A stretch of 64,000 nucleotides of DNA, taken from Candidatus Hydrogenedens sp. Its GTDB lineage: Bacteria; Hydrogenedentota; Hydrogenedentia; Hydrogenedentales; Hydrogenedentaceae. Below are positions 19,285 through 27,765 of this stretch, piece by piece. The notes below the pieces were generated by a model. That model was not told the origin of the DNA. It was given only the letters and a program-made list of their open reading frames with translations, and made no database searches. The stretch is taken from contig JBMFRC010000001.1 of NCBI GenBank assembly GCA_049968235.1, positions 352,001-416,000 on the forward strand. The letters are read 5' to 3'. Numbering within the stretch: the stretch's first letter is position 1; the number at the start of each line of letters is the position of its first letter. Made by a program: the position numbers and the translations under genes.

Positions 19285-20435
19285 TACTTCTTATTTTTTT
19301 TTGGTGCTGTTGGCTTTGTTGTGGTTTGAGCAGGCACGGATTTCTTTACTGCTGGGGTTTTATCCTGACGGGATAATTTTTCTAAAATGGGGTCAAAGGC
19401 GAGGAATATTTTCACTTTTTCCGAATCATTTAGATAAGGTTTACAATATTCAAATATCTTTTCATCCGTTTTTTGTTCAATTAAAATATTTTTAATTTTT
19501 TCTTTAACCTGTTCAAAGTTAACCTTCTCTTCTGCTTCGCATTCTAACAATTTAAACAAATGCCATCCTAATGAACTTTTTATGACAGGGCTCAGGTCTC
19601 CCGGTTTCATGGCAGGTAGAACCTGTGTAAAAAACGGAGGCAATGCTTCTGTGGGTATCCATCCCATATCGCCTCCTTTCTGACGGTCCGGTGCTTCGGA
19701 AACAGAACGGGCAACCGCGTCAAAACTTTCTCCTGCCTTTATTCGTGCTAATGCTTTCTCTACTTCTTTTTGTGTTTCCTGCCATGCTTTTTCATCTGCC
19801 GTTTTTGCATTGGGCTTTGGTTGTCGAAATATTTGTTTTAAATGCACGCGTGAGGGTTTCATGAAAAGGTCCGGGTTACTTTCATAAAACTTTTTCGCTT
19901 CATCATCTGTTACGGTTATCTTATTCTCATTTACAAGGGCTTGTCTCATCTTTTTTAATATCAGATTTTTACGGGTTCTTTCGCGAAAAGATTCTATTGT
20001 CTCTCCTTTGGCTTTTAAGATGTCCTCCATACTGGGAGGGTTCTTTCCTGCCTTTTTTGTATCCTCCTGAATTTCCTTAATTTGTTCATCCACTGCTTTT
20101 TTTACCTCATCCTCAGTTACAGAATATTTTCGTTTTAGAGATTCCTGATACAAAATTTCGCGTTGGGCTAAATTGGTAATGCAACGGATGGCAATATGGA
20201 TACGGTCCTCATCTTTTACATCTTTTTGTCCCGTTCCCGCAACATATTCCAATAGTTCCAGATGATACCTCATTAAAAATTCTTCTTTCGATATGGGCGT
20301 ACCGAGAACCAAAGCCACAGGTCCATCCGGGACAGATTTCTCTACGATATCCATCCTAGACAGGTCAGGAGCCTGAGCAGGTAAATATGAAATCCAGAGG
20401 ATAGAGGTAAGCACAAAAAGTAATTTGCGAAACAT
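19284..20435 (-). CDS. SurA/PpiD-like periplasmic chaperone with parvulin-type PPIase domain
   Basis: Signal peptide. Parvulin motif ...GGDMGWIPTEALPPFFTQVLPAMKPGDLSPVIKSSLGWHLFKL. The stop overlaps the start of the M23 gene. Confidence 0.7.
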   Translation of the reverse strand: MFRKLLFVLTSILWISYLPAQAPDLSRMDIVEKSVPDGPVALVLGTPISKEEFLMRYHLELLEYVAGTGQKDVKDEDRIHIAIRCITNLAQREILYQESLKRKYSVTEDEVKKAVDEQIKEIQEDTKKAGKNPPSMEDILKAKGETIESFRERTRKNLILKKMRQALVNENKITVTDDEAKKFYESNPDLFMKPSRVHLKQIFRQPKPNAKTADEKAWQETQKEVEKALARIKAGESFDAVARSVSEAPDRQKGGDMGWIPTEALPPFFTQVLPAMKPGDLSPVIKSSLGWHLFKLLECEAEEKVNFEQVKEKIKNILIEQKTDEKIFEYCKPYLNDSEKVKIFLAFDPILEKLSRQDKTPAVKKSVPAQTTTKPTAPKKNKK

Positions 20436-20462
20436 ATAATTATCCTTATTTTAAAATTATGT

Positions 20463-20798
20463 TCAATCCTGTGTTTTATCCACTGGTTTTTCTGTTTCAG
20501 GGGTAATTTCAGTTTGTGTTGTTTTTATAATCAATAATCCGTAGTAAATCAAAATACCTGAGATGCCATAAGTAATAACAAAAATCAATGCACATAAAAT
20601 AACCATTGTGCCTATAGCAATGTAATATCCACTCAATTGCATCATCAAAAATACAAATAGGGCTATGAGAGTGAAAAACAATCCGGCAATAGTTGCAATA
20701 CGATTTGGCTCCAGATGAACAACAACCTGTTTTTTTGTATCCAGAAGGGGTCTTACCTCGGGATAATCCAAATTATGAAGGTTATTTATATTCTTCAT
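20463..20798 (-). CDS. Small two-TM membrane protein (hypothetical)
   Basis: 111 aa with two long hydrophobic helices. 27 nt upstream of the SurA-like gene. Confidence 0.35.
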   Translation of the reverse strand: MKNINNLHNLDYPEVRPLLDTKKQVVVHLEPNRIATIAGLFFTLIALFVFLMMQLSGYYIAIGTMVILCALIFVITYGISGILIYYGLLIIKTTQTEITPETEKPVDKTQD

Positions 20799-21130
20799 CT
20801 TCCGATTTGTACCTTTTTATTCATTCTATATAAATATACAAAATTCAGACCCCCATTTACATTTTTAAAATTACCATTAATCAATCACTTAGAGGTAGAA
20901 AGTATTAACAAATTGATAGCTAAAACAAATAATTACCAGTAAAGGCAATTCATAAATTGTCTCAAAAGGGTATAGATGAATACATATATATCAAATGATA
21001 ACCTTACATATTCGTTCTATGTCTTTTTATCCAATCCACATATCCCATTTATATAATCTCTCATTTCTACTTACATAGATAGTATTAATTATCTGATTTA
21101 AGGTTAAAAAATATTAATTTTGTAAAGTTT

Positions 21131-21820
21131 TCATTGGGATTTATATGATGATAAAAAATCCTGATAGGCTGTAAGGATTTGCTCCTCGTTCATAGGTGCA
21201 ATAATCATACGGACTGTAGTAGAAGCAGTCTGTCCTGTTTCCAATGTTTTACCAAACAGTGAGAAATACATGGAGTAATGTGTATTCCCTACTGGTGGAG
21301 TTAATATAGCAAAGCAGTTATCTTTGCGTGCCATCTGAACCACGGCAAGATTTGTCTCTTTATTGATGCGATAAATAATTGGCTCCTTAAAGGAGGGACG
21401 TATTGTCCAATCTACAGGATTAGGTGGAATAGTCCAGCGTCCATCACGAATAATCGAAATAGATTGTTCGTCCCTTGGGAAAGCCTGCCAATCTCCCGCA
21501 TCCACAGGAGTGGGAAGAAACTTATTGCCTTCCTCCGTTTGTGCATAAACGTAAGATTCTGGAAATTTATCGGTCAGGTAAGAGGAAAGAAATATTTCAA
21601 AATCCGGCAAATTTTGTTTTGCTTCAATTGAGATATGAAGGTCTAATGTGTAAGGATTTATCCATTGATATACAGAGGACAGGACAAAAGGATGTGCTTC
21701 GTCTGCTTCCCACTTTACTTTTATTGTTTTCTCATCTACCCATTCTGTTGAACTTTGCACACTCCGCATACTTTCTCCGAAGCGTTGGTTGGTTGCAAAT
21801 ACACGGTAAAAATTTAACAA
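21131..21820 (-). CDS. Hypothetical protein (229 aa), TTG start
   Basis: Long minus-strand ORF with no recognisable motif. The start codon at 21818-21820 is TTG. Confidence 0.4.
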   Translation of the reverse strand: MLNFYRVFATNQRFGESMRSVQSSTEWVDEKTIKVKWEADEAHPFVLSSVYQWINPYTLDLHISIEAKQNLPDFEIFLSSYLTDKFPESYVYAQTEEGNKFLPTPVDAGDWQAFPRDEQSISIIRDGRWTIPPNPVDWTIRPSFKEPIIYRINKETNLAVVQMARKDNCFAILTPPVGNTHYSMYFSLFGKTLETGQTASTTVRMIIAPMNEEQILTAYQDFLSSYKSQ

Positions 21821-21990
21821 GCCCGGTAGTGCAGACGGATTGGTAGAAATTTCAAGTTCCGGTGAAATAGAGGAGAACGGGACAAATCCGATAGACCTCC
21901 CTTCAAAACGGAATGTGCCTTTCAGTGCTCCTGTATCTATAAGATATTCACCTGGAGTTTTATCTGAAGCAATGAAATATGGTTTTTCTT

Positions 21991-23295
21991 CTATTGATTT
22001 TGTTGATGATATTTTTCTTTTCGTGCAGAGTTAAAAAGTTCTTTCATTTTGTAGTGAACATAGGGCTGTTTTGCCGCATCCTCTTTTCCTTTCGCGTGAG
22101 CGACCCATAATTCTAAATCTGTGGGACAATAGAGAACGCTGTGCAAGTTAACATTGACCATTGCCACTGCTTTGAGGATCTCTAATGCGATATTCTGGTC
22201 AATCTTGCCGTAATTCTCTTTTATTCGTGTAGCCATTCCTTTATAACGATGGTCATAGGAATTTGAACCATAGGGCATATTTGGTGCATTGGCACAGGTC
22301 TGTAAAGAGCGAATGGTTGGATCCATTGCTTCATCGGCACGCATAACGGCATTCTCAATGGGAATTGCATATTCGACAGTCTCGCGCGGGTCATTATCTG
22401 TAAATATTGCTACATGATGGGCACACGTTTCATAAACCAGGGCTCGGTTTTCATCTCCATCCGCAATCACATAGTTATAACCCACGGTATGCCGTGCTTC
22501 GAGAACAATTTCTGTTACCTGGTCCAAAGTAGATGCTTCTTCCAATATCTTGCGTAGAAGAAATTCAAGTGGGATACCATCAATGCGTCGGTCTTTATTC
22601 GTTGCTCCAATCTGTGCAATGGATACTTTGCGGTTATTCATGCCGGAGAGAACACCAATTGCACATGCATAACCGACAGAAATAAATGAATTCAATCCTT
22701 GTGGTTCATAACAGAAGGTAACCGCTGTATCCTGAATTCCTGCTTCCATAATCCAATCAAAATTTCTACCATGATACATCTTCCCATCAACAGTAGCTTT
22801 ACCCCACACGGCAAACGAACTACAACCCCGTTCTGTTATAACGGAAACAACATGAATACGACGCAAATCCTGAAGATTTACACCGGCACCATCAGCAATC
22901 CCCTCCAGTTCACGAGAATACCGTAATGGAATATGTGGCGAACATAATCTCCATGTAACATCCAATATCAACTTTGCTGCAAACTTTGGTAACCCTACTT
23001 CTTGCTTCGCCAGTTCTAATAATTCGTCAAATCGTGCAAGACTACGGTGAATAACATCTTTCAAGAGAACACCTCGTTGAAAACCCATCTCATACGGGGT
23101 CCCTTTCAAGTGAATAACCTTCGTCCCTTCAATTTCCTCCAAGAAAGCTTTTTGTATATCTACTGCTTCATGGGGACCGCGCGTAGGATAGAGCCAGAAG
23201 TAGAATCCAGCACCTAAAACCAGCACAACAAAAAGAATGGGAAGTATAAAACGAATTTTCTTTTTCATGGGAAATTCTCCAATAACAATTTTCAA
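21991..23295 (-). CDS. Peptidase C45 family Ntn-hydrolase (acyl-CoA:6-aminopenicillanic-acid acyltransferase-like), membrane anchored
   Basis: N-terminal TM/signal (the real start is probably MKKKIRF at 23268). GTPYEMGFQRG and the self-processing/nucleophile site ERG-CSSFAVWG are typical of C45. Confidence 0.6.
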   Translation of the reverse strand: MKIVIGEFPMKKKIRFILPILFVVLVLGAGFYFWLYPTRGPHEAVDIQKAFLEEIEGTKVIHLKGTPYEMGFQRGVLLKDVIHRSLARFDELLELAKQEVGLPKFAAKLILDVTWRLCSPHIPLRYSRELEGIADGAGVNLQDLRRIHVVSVITERGCSSFAVWGKATVDGKMYHGRNFDWIMEAGIQDTAVTFCYEPQGLNSFISVGYACAIGVLSGMNNRKVSIAQIGATNKDRRIDGIPLEFLLRKILEEASTLDQVTEIVLEARHTVGYNYVIADGDENRALVYETCAHHVAIFTDNDPRETVEYAIPIENAVMRADEAMDPTIRSLQTCANAPNMPYGSNSYDHRYKGMATRIKENYGKIDQNIALEILKAVAMVNVNLHSVLYCPTDLELWVAHAKGKEDAAKQPYVHYKMKELFNSARKEKYHQQNQ

Positions 23296-23421
23296 GTGAA
23301 ATTATGTTTATGTTATTTACATTAAATATTTGAATTCAAAAAATATACCAGGATTATTTATTATATCTATATCATCTGACTTTTATTTTCAAAAAAATTT
23401 TCATCGGGTTATTATCGTCTA

Positions 23422-26400
23422 TTATACATCCTTAATGATAGAAATAGGGATTGTTAGATTGTTAGCAATATCGGGAATATCATTTCTATATGTAAAAAGG
23501 ATTATCTGTTGTCCTTCTCCCAATGCTTTCAATGTTTCCAGAGATTGAATCAATTGGGGATAGTCATAAGACACAAAAGGGTCATCTAACAATAACGGAA
23601 TTGGTTCTTTGAGAAAATGAGGAATTTTCATAAGGGCGACACGCATAGCAAGATATGCCTGTTCCTGAACAGAGGGATTTGAAGATAATTCTTCCAGAGG
23701 TATGGGGTTCTCTGTTTGTGCAGGAATAACTTTCAATGTCAGGTCCTGCTCTACAAGCACACCTGTATATTTGTACTTCGTTAAATGTATCAGCAAACGA
23801 CTGACTTCATTTTGTAAAGGCAATGCAATTTTATGATACCGATATGTGGATAATTGCTGTAATACCGATATTGCTGATAATACACTCTCCTGTTCGTATC
23901 GAAGTATTCTCCATTGAGTTTCATAATAATATTTTTCTTCAGCAATTTCATTTAACGGTCGCAATTTGTTTGTCAATGTTTCCAACTCTGATTGTAGAAT
24001 CTGTATATCCTTTTGTATTTGTTCTACTTCGTTTTCTGTTTGCTCAATAAGTAGTTGCAATTGTTCTTCATCTTCGGCGGGGACTGATGGGACAAAATCT
24101 TGTGTTTGTTTTTCCAGTTCCTCTATTGTGCCATCATTCAGCAATTGTTGAAGTTGCAGTTCGGTTTGTTTAATTCGTGAAAAGATAGCCTGTGCTTCTT
24201 CGGCAAGGGCATATTTGTTTTTCCATTCGGAGATACTGCTTACTCCTGCCAGTTCTAATATCTCCTGAATCTGTTTCTGGTTTTGAGATAGTTCCTCATC
24301 CACTTTTTGCAGTTGTTGATTTAAATCCAATCGCTTTTTCCGAAGCTCGGATACCTTTGTTTTTAGCCCACAGTACATTTCTTCTGCACGATAATATGAA
24401 CGGAAAGTATCCTGTGTTAAAGTTTCCCCTGGTTGAAGCAGTCCGGATTGAACTAAGTCATGTTCTATCCGGCTAAGTATCTCTTTTTGAATTTTATTGT
24501 AAATATCCTTTGTATATTCTTCTTTTTTCGTTATAGTGTATGTTAATTGTTGATATTGGTTCCGGAGGTCCCAGAGCCTGCGGTGGTACATTCTTGCTTT
24601 TTCCTGCAATTCAAATACCTTTCGCCGATTTTGCTCTATTTTATCCTTATCTTCCAGAGATAGACCTGCTTGTTCAAAAAGATTTTGTATCTCTTGATAA
24701 AGGTCGTAGGTTCGGGTCTGGTTAATCGTAAATAGTTCCTCTGCTTTACGAACCTGTGTAGATAAATCTCCCTCGTTTTTTAACCAGGCACAGTATTCGT
24801 CATAAAGCCCCTGCAATTCGCGCACATGCTGTAAATTGGCTTTATTAAGTAGTGCTGTTATTGGATGCTTATCAATATATTCGAAGGTAACTATTTTCTG
24901 AATTTTTTCTTTCAATTGCTTCAGGAAAACATCGATTTCTTTCAGAGTTCGCTTATTATTGATATAAGAACTCACAAAATATAAAAAAGCCAATCCTACT
25001 GCACTGGCAAACCATAGAGATTCCTTTTTATGCATTGTTATAAACAGATAAATGAGTAAAATATCCAGCAAAAAACAAAGCGTCCCTAATACCAGGTCCA
25101 CAGGTTGTCGGGAACGAATTTGTAGTTTTAATACCTCTGCTTCTTCCAATTGTCTTTCTAATTCTTGCTGTTCTTCTTCCGGTTTATCTTTATATTTCAA
25201 ATAATCATCTACAAGCCCTGCAAAGTCATTTATATCATCAAATAATTCCCGATACGGTTGCGTTTGTTGTTGAACACGGGTATATTCTTTTCTCAGTTCA
25301 TTAAGTTGCGATTCGCTTTTATGTGTTTCCTTCAAAGAACTTTTATACATATCAATGGCAAAATCGGTTTTGGAGTAGAACATATCATCTTTTTGTATTA
25401 CCTCTGGAAGTTCCGAAACAATTTTTTCAACTTCCTGAATATGTTCGTTTACCTTCTCTCGTTGATTGTGTAGTTCTTTCAACACCTCCTCATTACTGTG
25501 AATATGTTTCAAATATTCCTCATATTTATCTTGATAATCCTTAATATAATCAATAGGGATAAAGGTAGAATGACGCAGTTCTAACTCAAGTTCATTGATT
25601 TCCCCAGAGATGTTCTCAATCTCATTTTGCAATTTCTGCTTTTGCATTTCCGCATGATTGATAGCCATCTCCGTTTGAATAACATATACATTCTGGTCAA
25701 CTGGAAAATTTCTAAAATTGGAGTATGAAAAGGAACGTCTAGTCAGTTCATTTAACTTGTCTCGTAAGGCTTTTGCATCGTTCTTTTTTCTCCAGAGCGT
25801 ATATTGACGGGCATATTGTAATTTATCTTGCAGTTCCTTATATTTCTGTTGAAGACTACTCAGTTTCTCCTTATGTTGTTTCAGAAATAATTTCTTCTCG
25901 CATATTCTTTCAAAACTTTCCTTTACCTGCTCATATTCCTCTGATAACCTTTCTATTTGTTCCGATATCAGGTTATAGGGGCGTTTATAGGTACGTTCTG
26001 TTCCGATGGATTGCAAATATTCCTGAAAATCGGTAATTATGGTATTTACAGATTGTTCCGTTGTCCCTGTATCTATCAAACACTGAAGATGTTCCTTTAC
26101 TCTGTTCCCGTGGGTAAAGGAATTCAAACTGTCTATTGTCTTCTGTGAAATTACAGACACTCCGGAGAACATTTCACGAGTCAAATCCAGATGTTCATTT
26201 ATAAAAGCAGGTTCTCCATTTGGATATACAGGAACTGTATCTGTTATATCATTTGCATCCATCCCTTCATATATTCTTAATGATGGTTCAGGTCCAAATA
26301 CTCGATGAAGATGTATCAGTTTCCCCGTATTCAGGCGATAAACAATATTTCCCCGATAATCCGAAGTATACCATGGTGTATATTTATAATAATTTTCAGA

Positions 26401-26580
26401 AAAGGATGCATTTTTCTTTTTGGAAGTTTTTTGCCCAAATAACATATCCAGCATAAACTGGAATAATGTATTTTTCCCATTCTCATCTCTGACAAAAATT
26501 ATCTGGAACCCCTTCTCAAATTCAAGGGGAATCTTTTGTAGTTTCCCGAAACCATAGATATGTCCCTTTATAAATTCCAT
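23422..26580 (-). CDS. SbcC/Rad50-like SMC-type coiled-coil protein of the SbcE/YhaN type, with an internal TM hairpin and degenerate ATPase motifs
   Basis: 1052 aa. N-terminus IYGFGKL...IIFVRDENGKNTLFQFMLDMLFG sits at the P-loop position. Long heptad-rich coiled-coil arms. A hydrophobic hairpin (LVLGTLCFLLDILLIYLFI / LWFASAVGLAFLYFV) lies mid-protein. C-terminal LSSNP (signature position), LLLDDPF (Walker B) and ILFTY (H-loop position). Confidence 0.65.
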   Translation of the reverse strand: MEFIKGHIYGFGKLQKIPLEFEKGFQIIFVRDENGKNTLFQFMLDMLFGQKTSKKKNASFSENYYKYTPWYTSDYRGNIVYRLNTGKLIHLHRVFGPEPSLRIYEGMDANDITDTVPVYPNGEPAFINEHLDLTREMFSGVSVISQKTIDSLNSFTHGNRVKEHLQCLIDTGTTEQSVNTIITDFQEYLQSIGTERTYKRPYNLISEQIERLSEEYEQVKESFERICEKKLFLKQHKEKLSSLQQKYKELQDKLQYARQYTLWRKKNDAKALRDKLNELTRRSFSYSNFRNFPVDQNVYVIQTEMAINHAEMQKQKLQNEIENISGEINELELELRHSTFIPIDYIKDYQDKYEEYLKHIHSNEEVLKELHNQREKVNEHIQEVEKIVSELPEVIQKDDMFYSKTDFAIDMYKSSLKETHKSESQLNELRKEYTRVQQQTQPYRELFDDINDFAGLVDDYLKYKDKPEEEQQELERQLEEAEVLKLQIRSRQPVDLVLGTLCFLLDILLIYLFITMHKKESLWFASAVGLAFLYFVSSYINNKRTLKEIDVFLKQLKEKIQKIVTFEYIDKHPITALLNKANLQHVRELQGLYDEYCAWLKNEGDLSTQVRKAEELFTINQTRTYDLYQEIQNLFEQAGLSLEDKDKIEQNRRKVFELQEKARMYHRRLWDLRNQYQQLTYTITKKEEYTKDIYNKIQKEILSRIEHDLVQSGLLQPGETLTQDTFRSYYRAEEMYCGLKTKVSELRKKRLDLNQQLQKVDEELSQNQKQIQEILELAGVSSISEWKNKYALAEEAQAIFSRIKQTELQLQQLLNDGTIEELEKQTQDFVPSVPAEDEEQLQLLIEQTENEVEQIQKDIQILQSELETLTNKLRPLNEIAEEKYYYETQWRILRYEQESVLSAISVLQQLSTYRYHKIALPLQNEVSRLLIHLTKYKYTGVLVEQDLTLKVIPAQTENPIPLEELSSNPSVQEQAYLAMRVALMKIPHFLKEPIPLLLDDPFVSYDYPQLIQSLETLKALGEGQQIILFTYRNDIPDIANNLTIPISIIKDV

Positions 26581-27740
26581 TCCGGGGGAACCTCACATGT
26601 TTCAACGGTAGGAATTTTTAGATTTGCTCCTCCAGCAATTCTTGCGGTTAAATGTCGGACTCGTTTTGCAATACTGACAGCGGAGGTATTCGGTGCACAT
26701 TTTTGTTGTTCCGTTACCTGCTTAAAAAATTCAGATAGAACGGTAATCTCTCGCAAATCTTCTGCATTTTCAAATCCTTCTATTTCTCCATCAAAACTCC
26801 ATGTAATAAATAGATTTTCTTCCTGAATAGATATCATTGTTTCCGGGATGCCATTTAGAAGGGAAGGAGAAATTGTTCCACTGAAACGGAGATGAACAAC
26901 ACAGGGTTTTTGCAAATTTGTCAATTCATTTCGTAACTTCGTGTGAAGTCCATCTTCATTTGTAAACAAAGACATATCTATATTGATAAGAGCATAAAAA
27001 TTTTTCTGTAAAGACATATGTTCTACATGGGAAACTTTCCATTGATTATCATCCGATTGAAAGCGAATACCTAAAACCCCAAAAGGAGGAGTATCATCCA
27101 TACTTATAGGGTCGGGAATACCACAACAACACGCCGTCAATTGCGAAGTATTGTAAAATTGTTTGAAACTGTGTCCTTTCCCTACCCCGATATATGAGAT
27201 AACATCCGGGACCTTCTCAAACCATCTTGACAATTCCCTTTTATCGTTAAACATAGGCAATTCATAAGATAGAAGAATATGATTCCTGCCATCATAGCCA
27301 GTCGGTAAATTAAGTTCCGCAAAATCCCCTACCTTCCTATTATCTCCTGCTATTGCATAAACAACAATCGGGGTCTTATTCCCTTCCCACCTGTTTGTTG
27401 TTTCGGAATTCATTACTATTACATTTTCGGGAAAAGTCTCTAATATGTAGGGAGAATATTTTGTGATAGGGTCTGATTCGCCGGGAATAATAATGACTGG
27501 AACAGGTTTAATTGCTTCACATCGCTCAAACAGGAATTGAAGGGTTTGTTCCGTTACATATTCTGCATCCAGCAAATTACCGGTTATGAATAAGGCATCT
27601 GCTTTATACTCAAATACTTTACTGACAATTGCATCGAGTAATTCCCTCTGTCTTCTTCTTCGTTCTTGACCATAGTGTAGGTTTAAGGAGGAAAAAAAGG
27701 GCTTGTCTAAGTATACATTTGCGGTATGTAAGATGAACAT
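26568..27740 (-). CDS. SbcD/Mre11-like calcineurin-fold phosphoesterase homolog (SbcF/YhaO-like) with substituted metal ligands
   Basis: MFILHTANVYLD aligns position-for-position to SbcD MRILHTSDWHLG. ADALFITGNLLD aligns to the GDxxD motif. IIIPGESD aligns to GNHD. Overlaps the SbcE-like gene by 13 nt. Confidence 0.6.
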   Translation of the reverse strand: MFILHTANVYLDKPFFSSLNLHYGQERRRRQRELLDAIVSKVFEYKADALFITGNLLDAEYVTEQTLQFLFERCEAIKPVPVIIIPGESDPITKYSPYILETFPENVIVMNSETTNRWEGNKTPIVVYAIAGDNRKVGDFAELNLPTGYDGRNHILLSYELPMFNDKRELSRWFEKVPDVISYIGVGKGHSFKQFYNTSQLTACCCGIPDPISMDDTPPFGVLGIRFQSDDNQWKVSHVEHMSLQKNFYALINIDMSLFTNEDGLHTKLRNELTNLQKPCVVHLRFSGTISPSLLNGIPETMISIQEENLFITWSFDGEIEGFENAEDLREITVLSEFFKQVTEQQKCAPNTSAVSIAKRVRHLTARIAGGANLKIPTVETCEVPPEWNL

Positions 27741-27765
27741 TTTCGTTTAACCTGTAACAGTTTGA

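Noticed and set aside
20461-20495. TTATCCACT, a near-match to a DnaA box
   Set aside because: Single imperfect copy inside a coding region. No cluster of boxes and no dnaA/dnaN nearby, so not an origin.
23823-26456. Numerous 60-95-aa plus-strand ORFs inside the SbcE-like gene (e.g. 23823-24050, 24192-24476, 25773-26036)
   Set aside because: Antisense ORFs within a long, well-supported coiled-coil gene. Repetitive AAG/GAA-rich codons on one strand generate open frames on the other.
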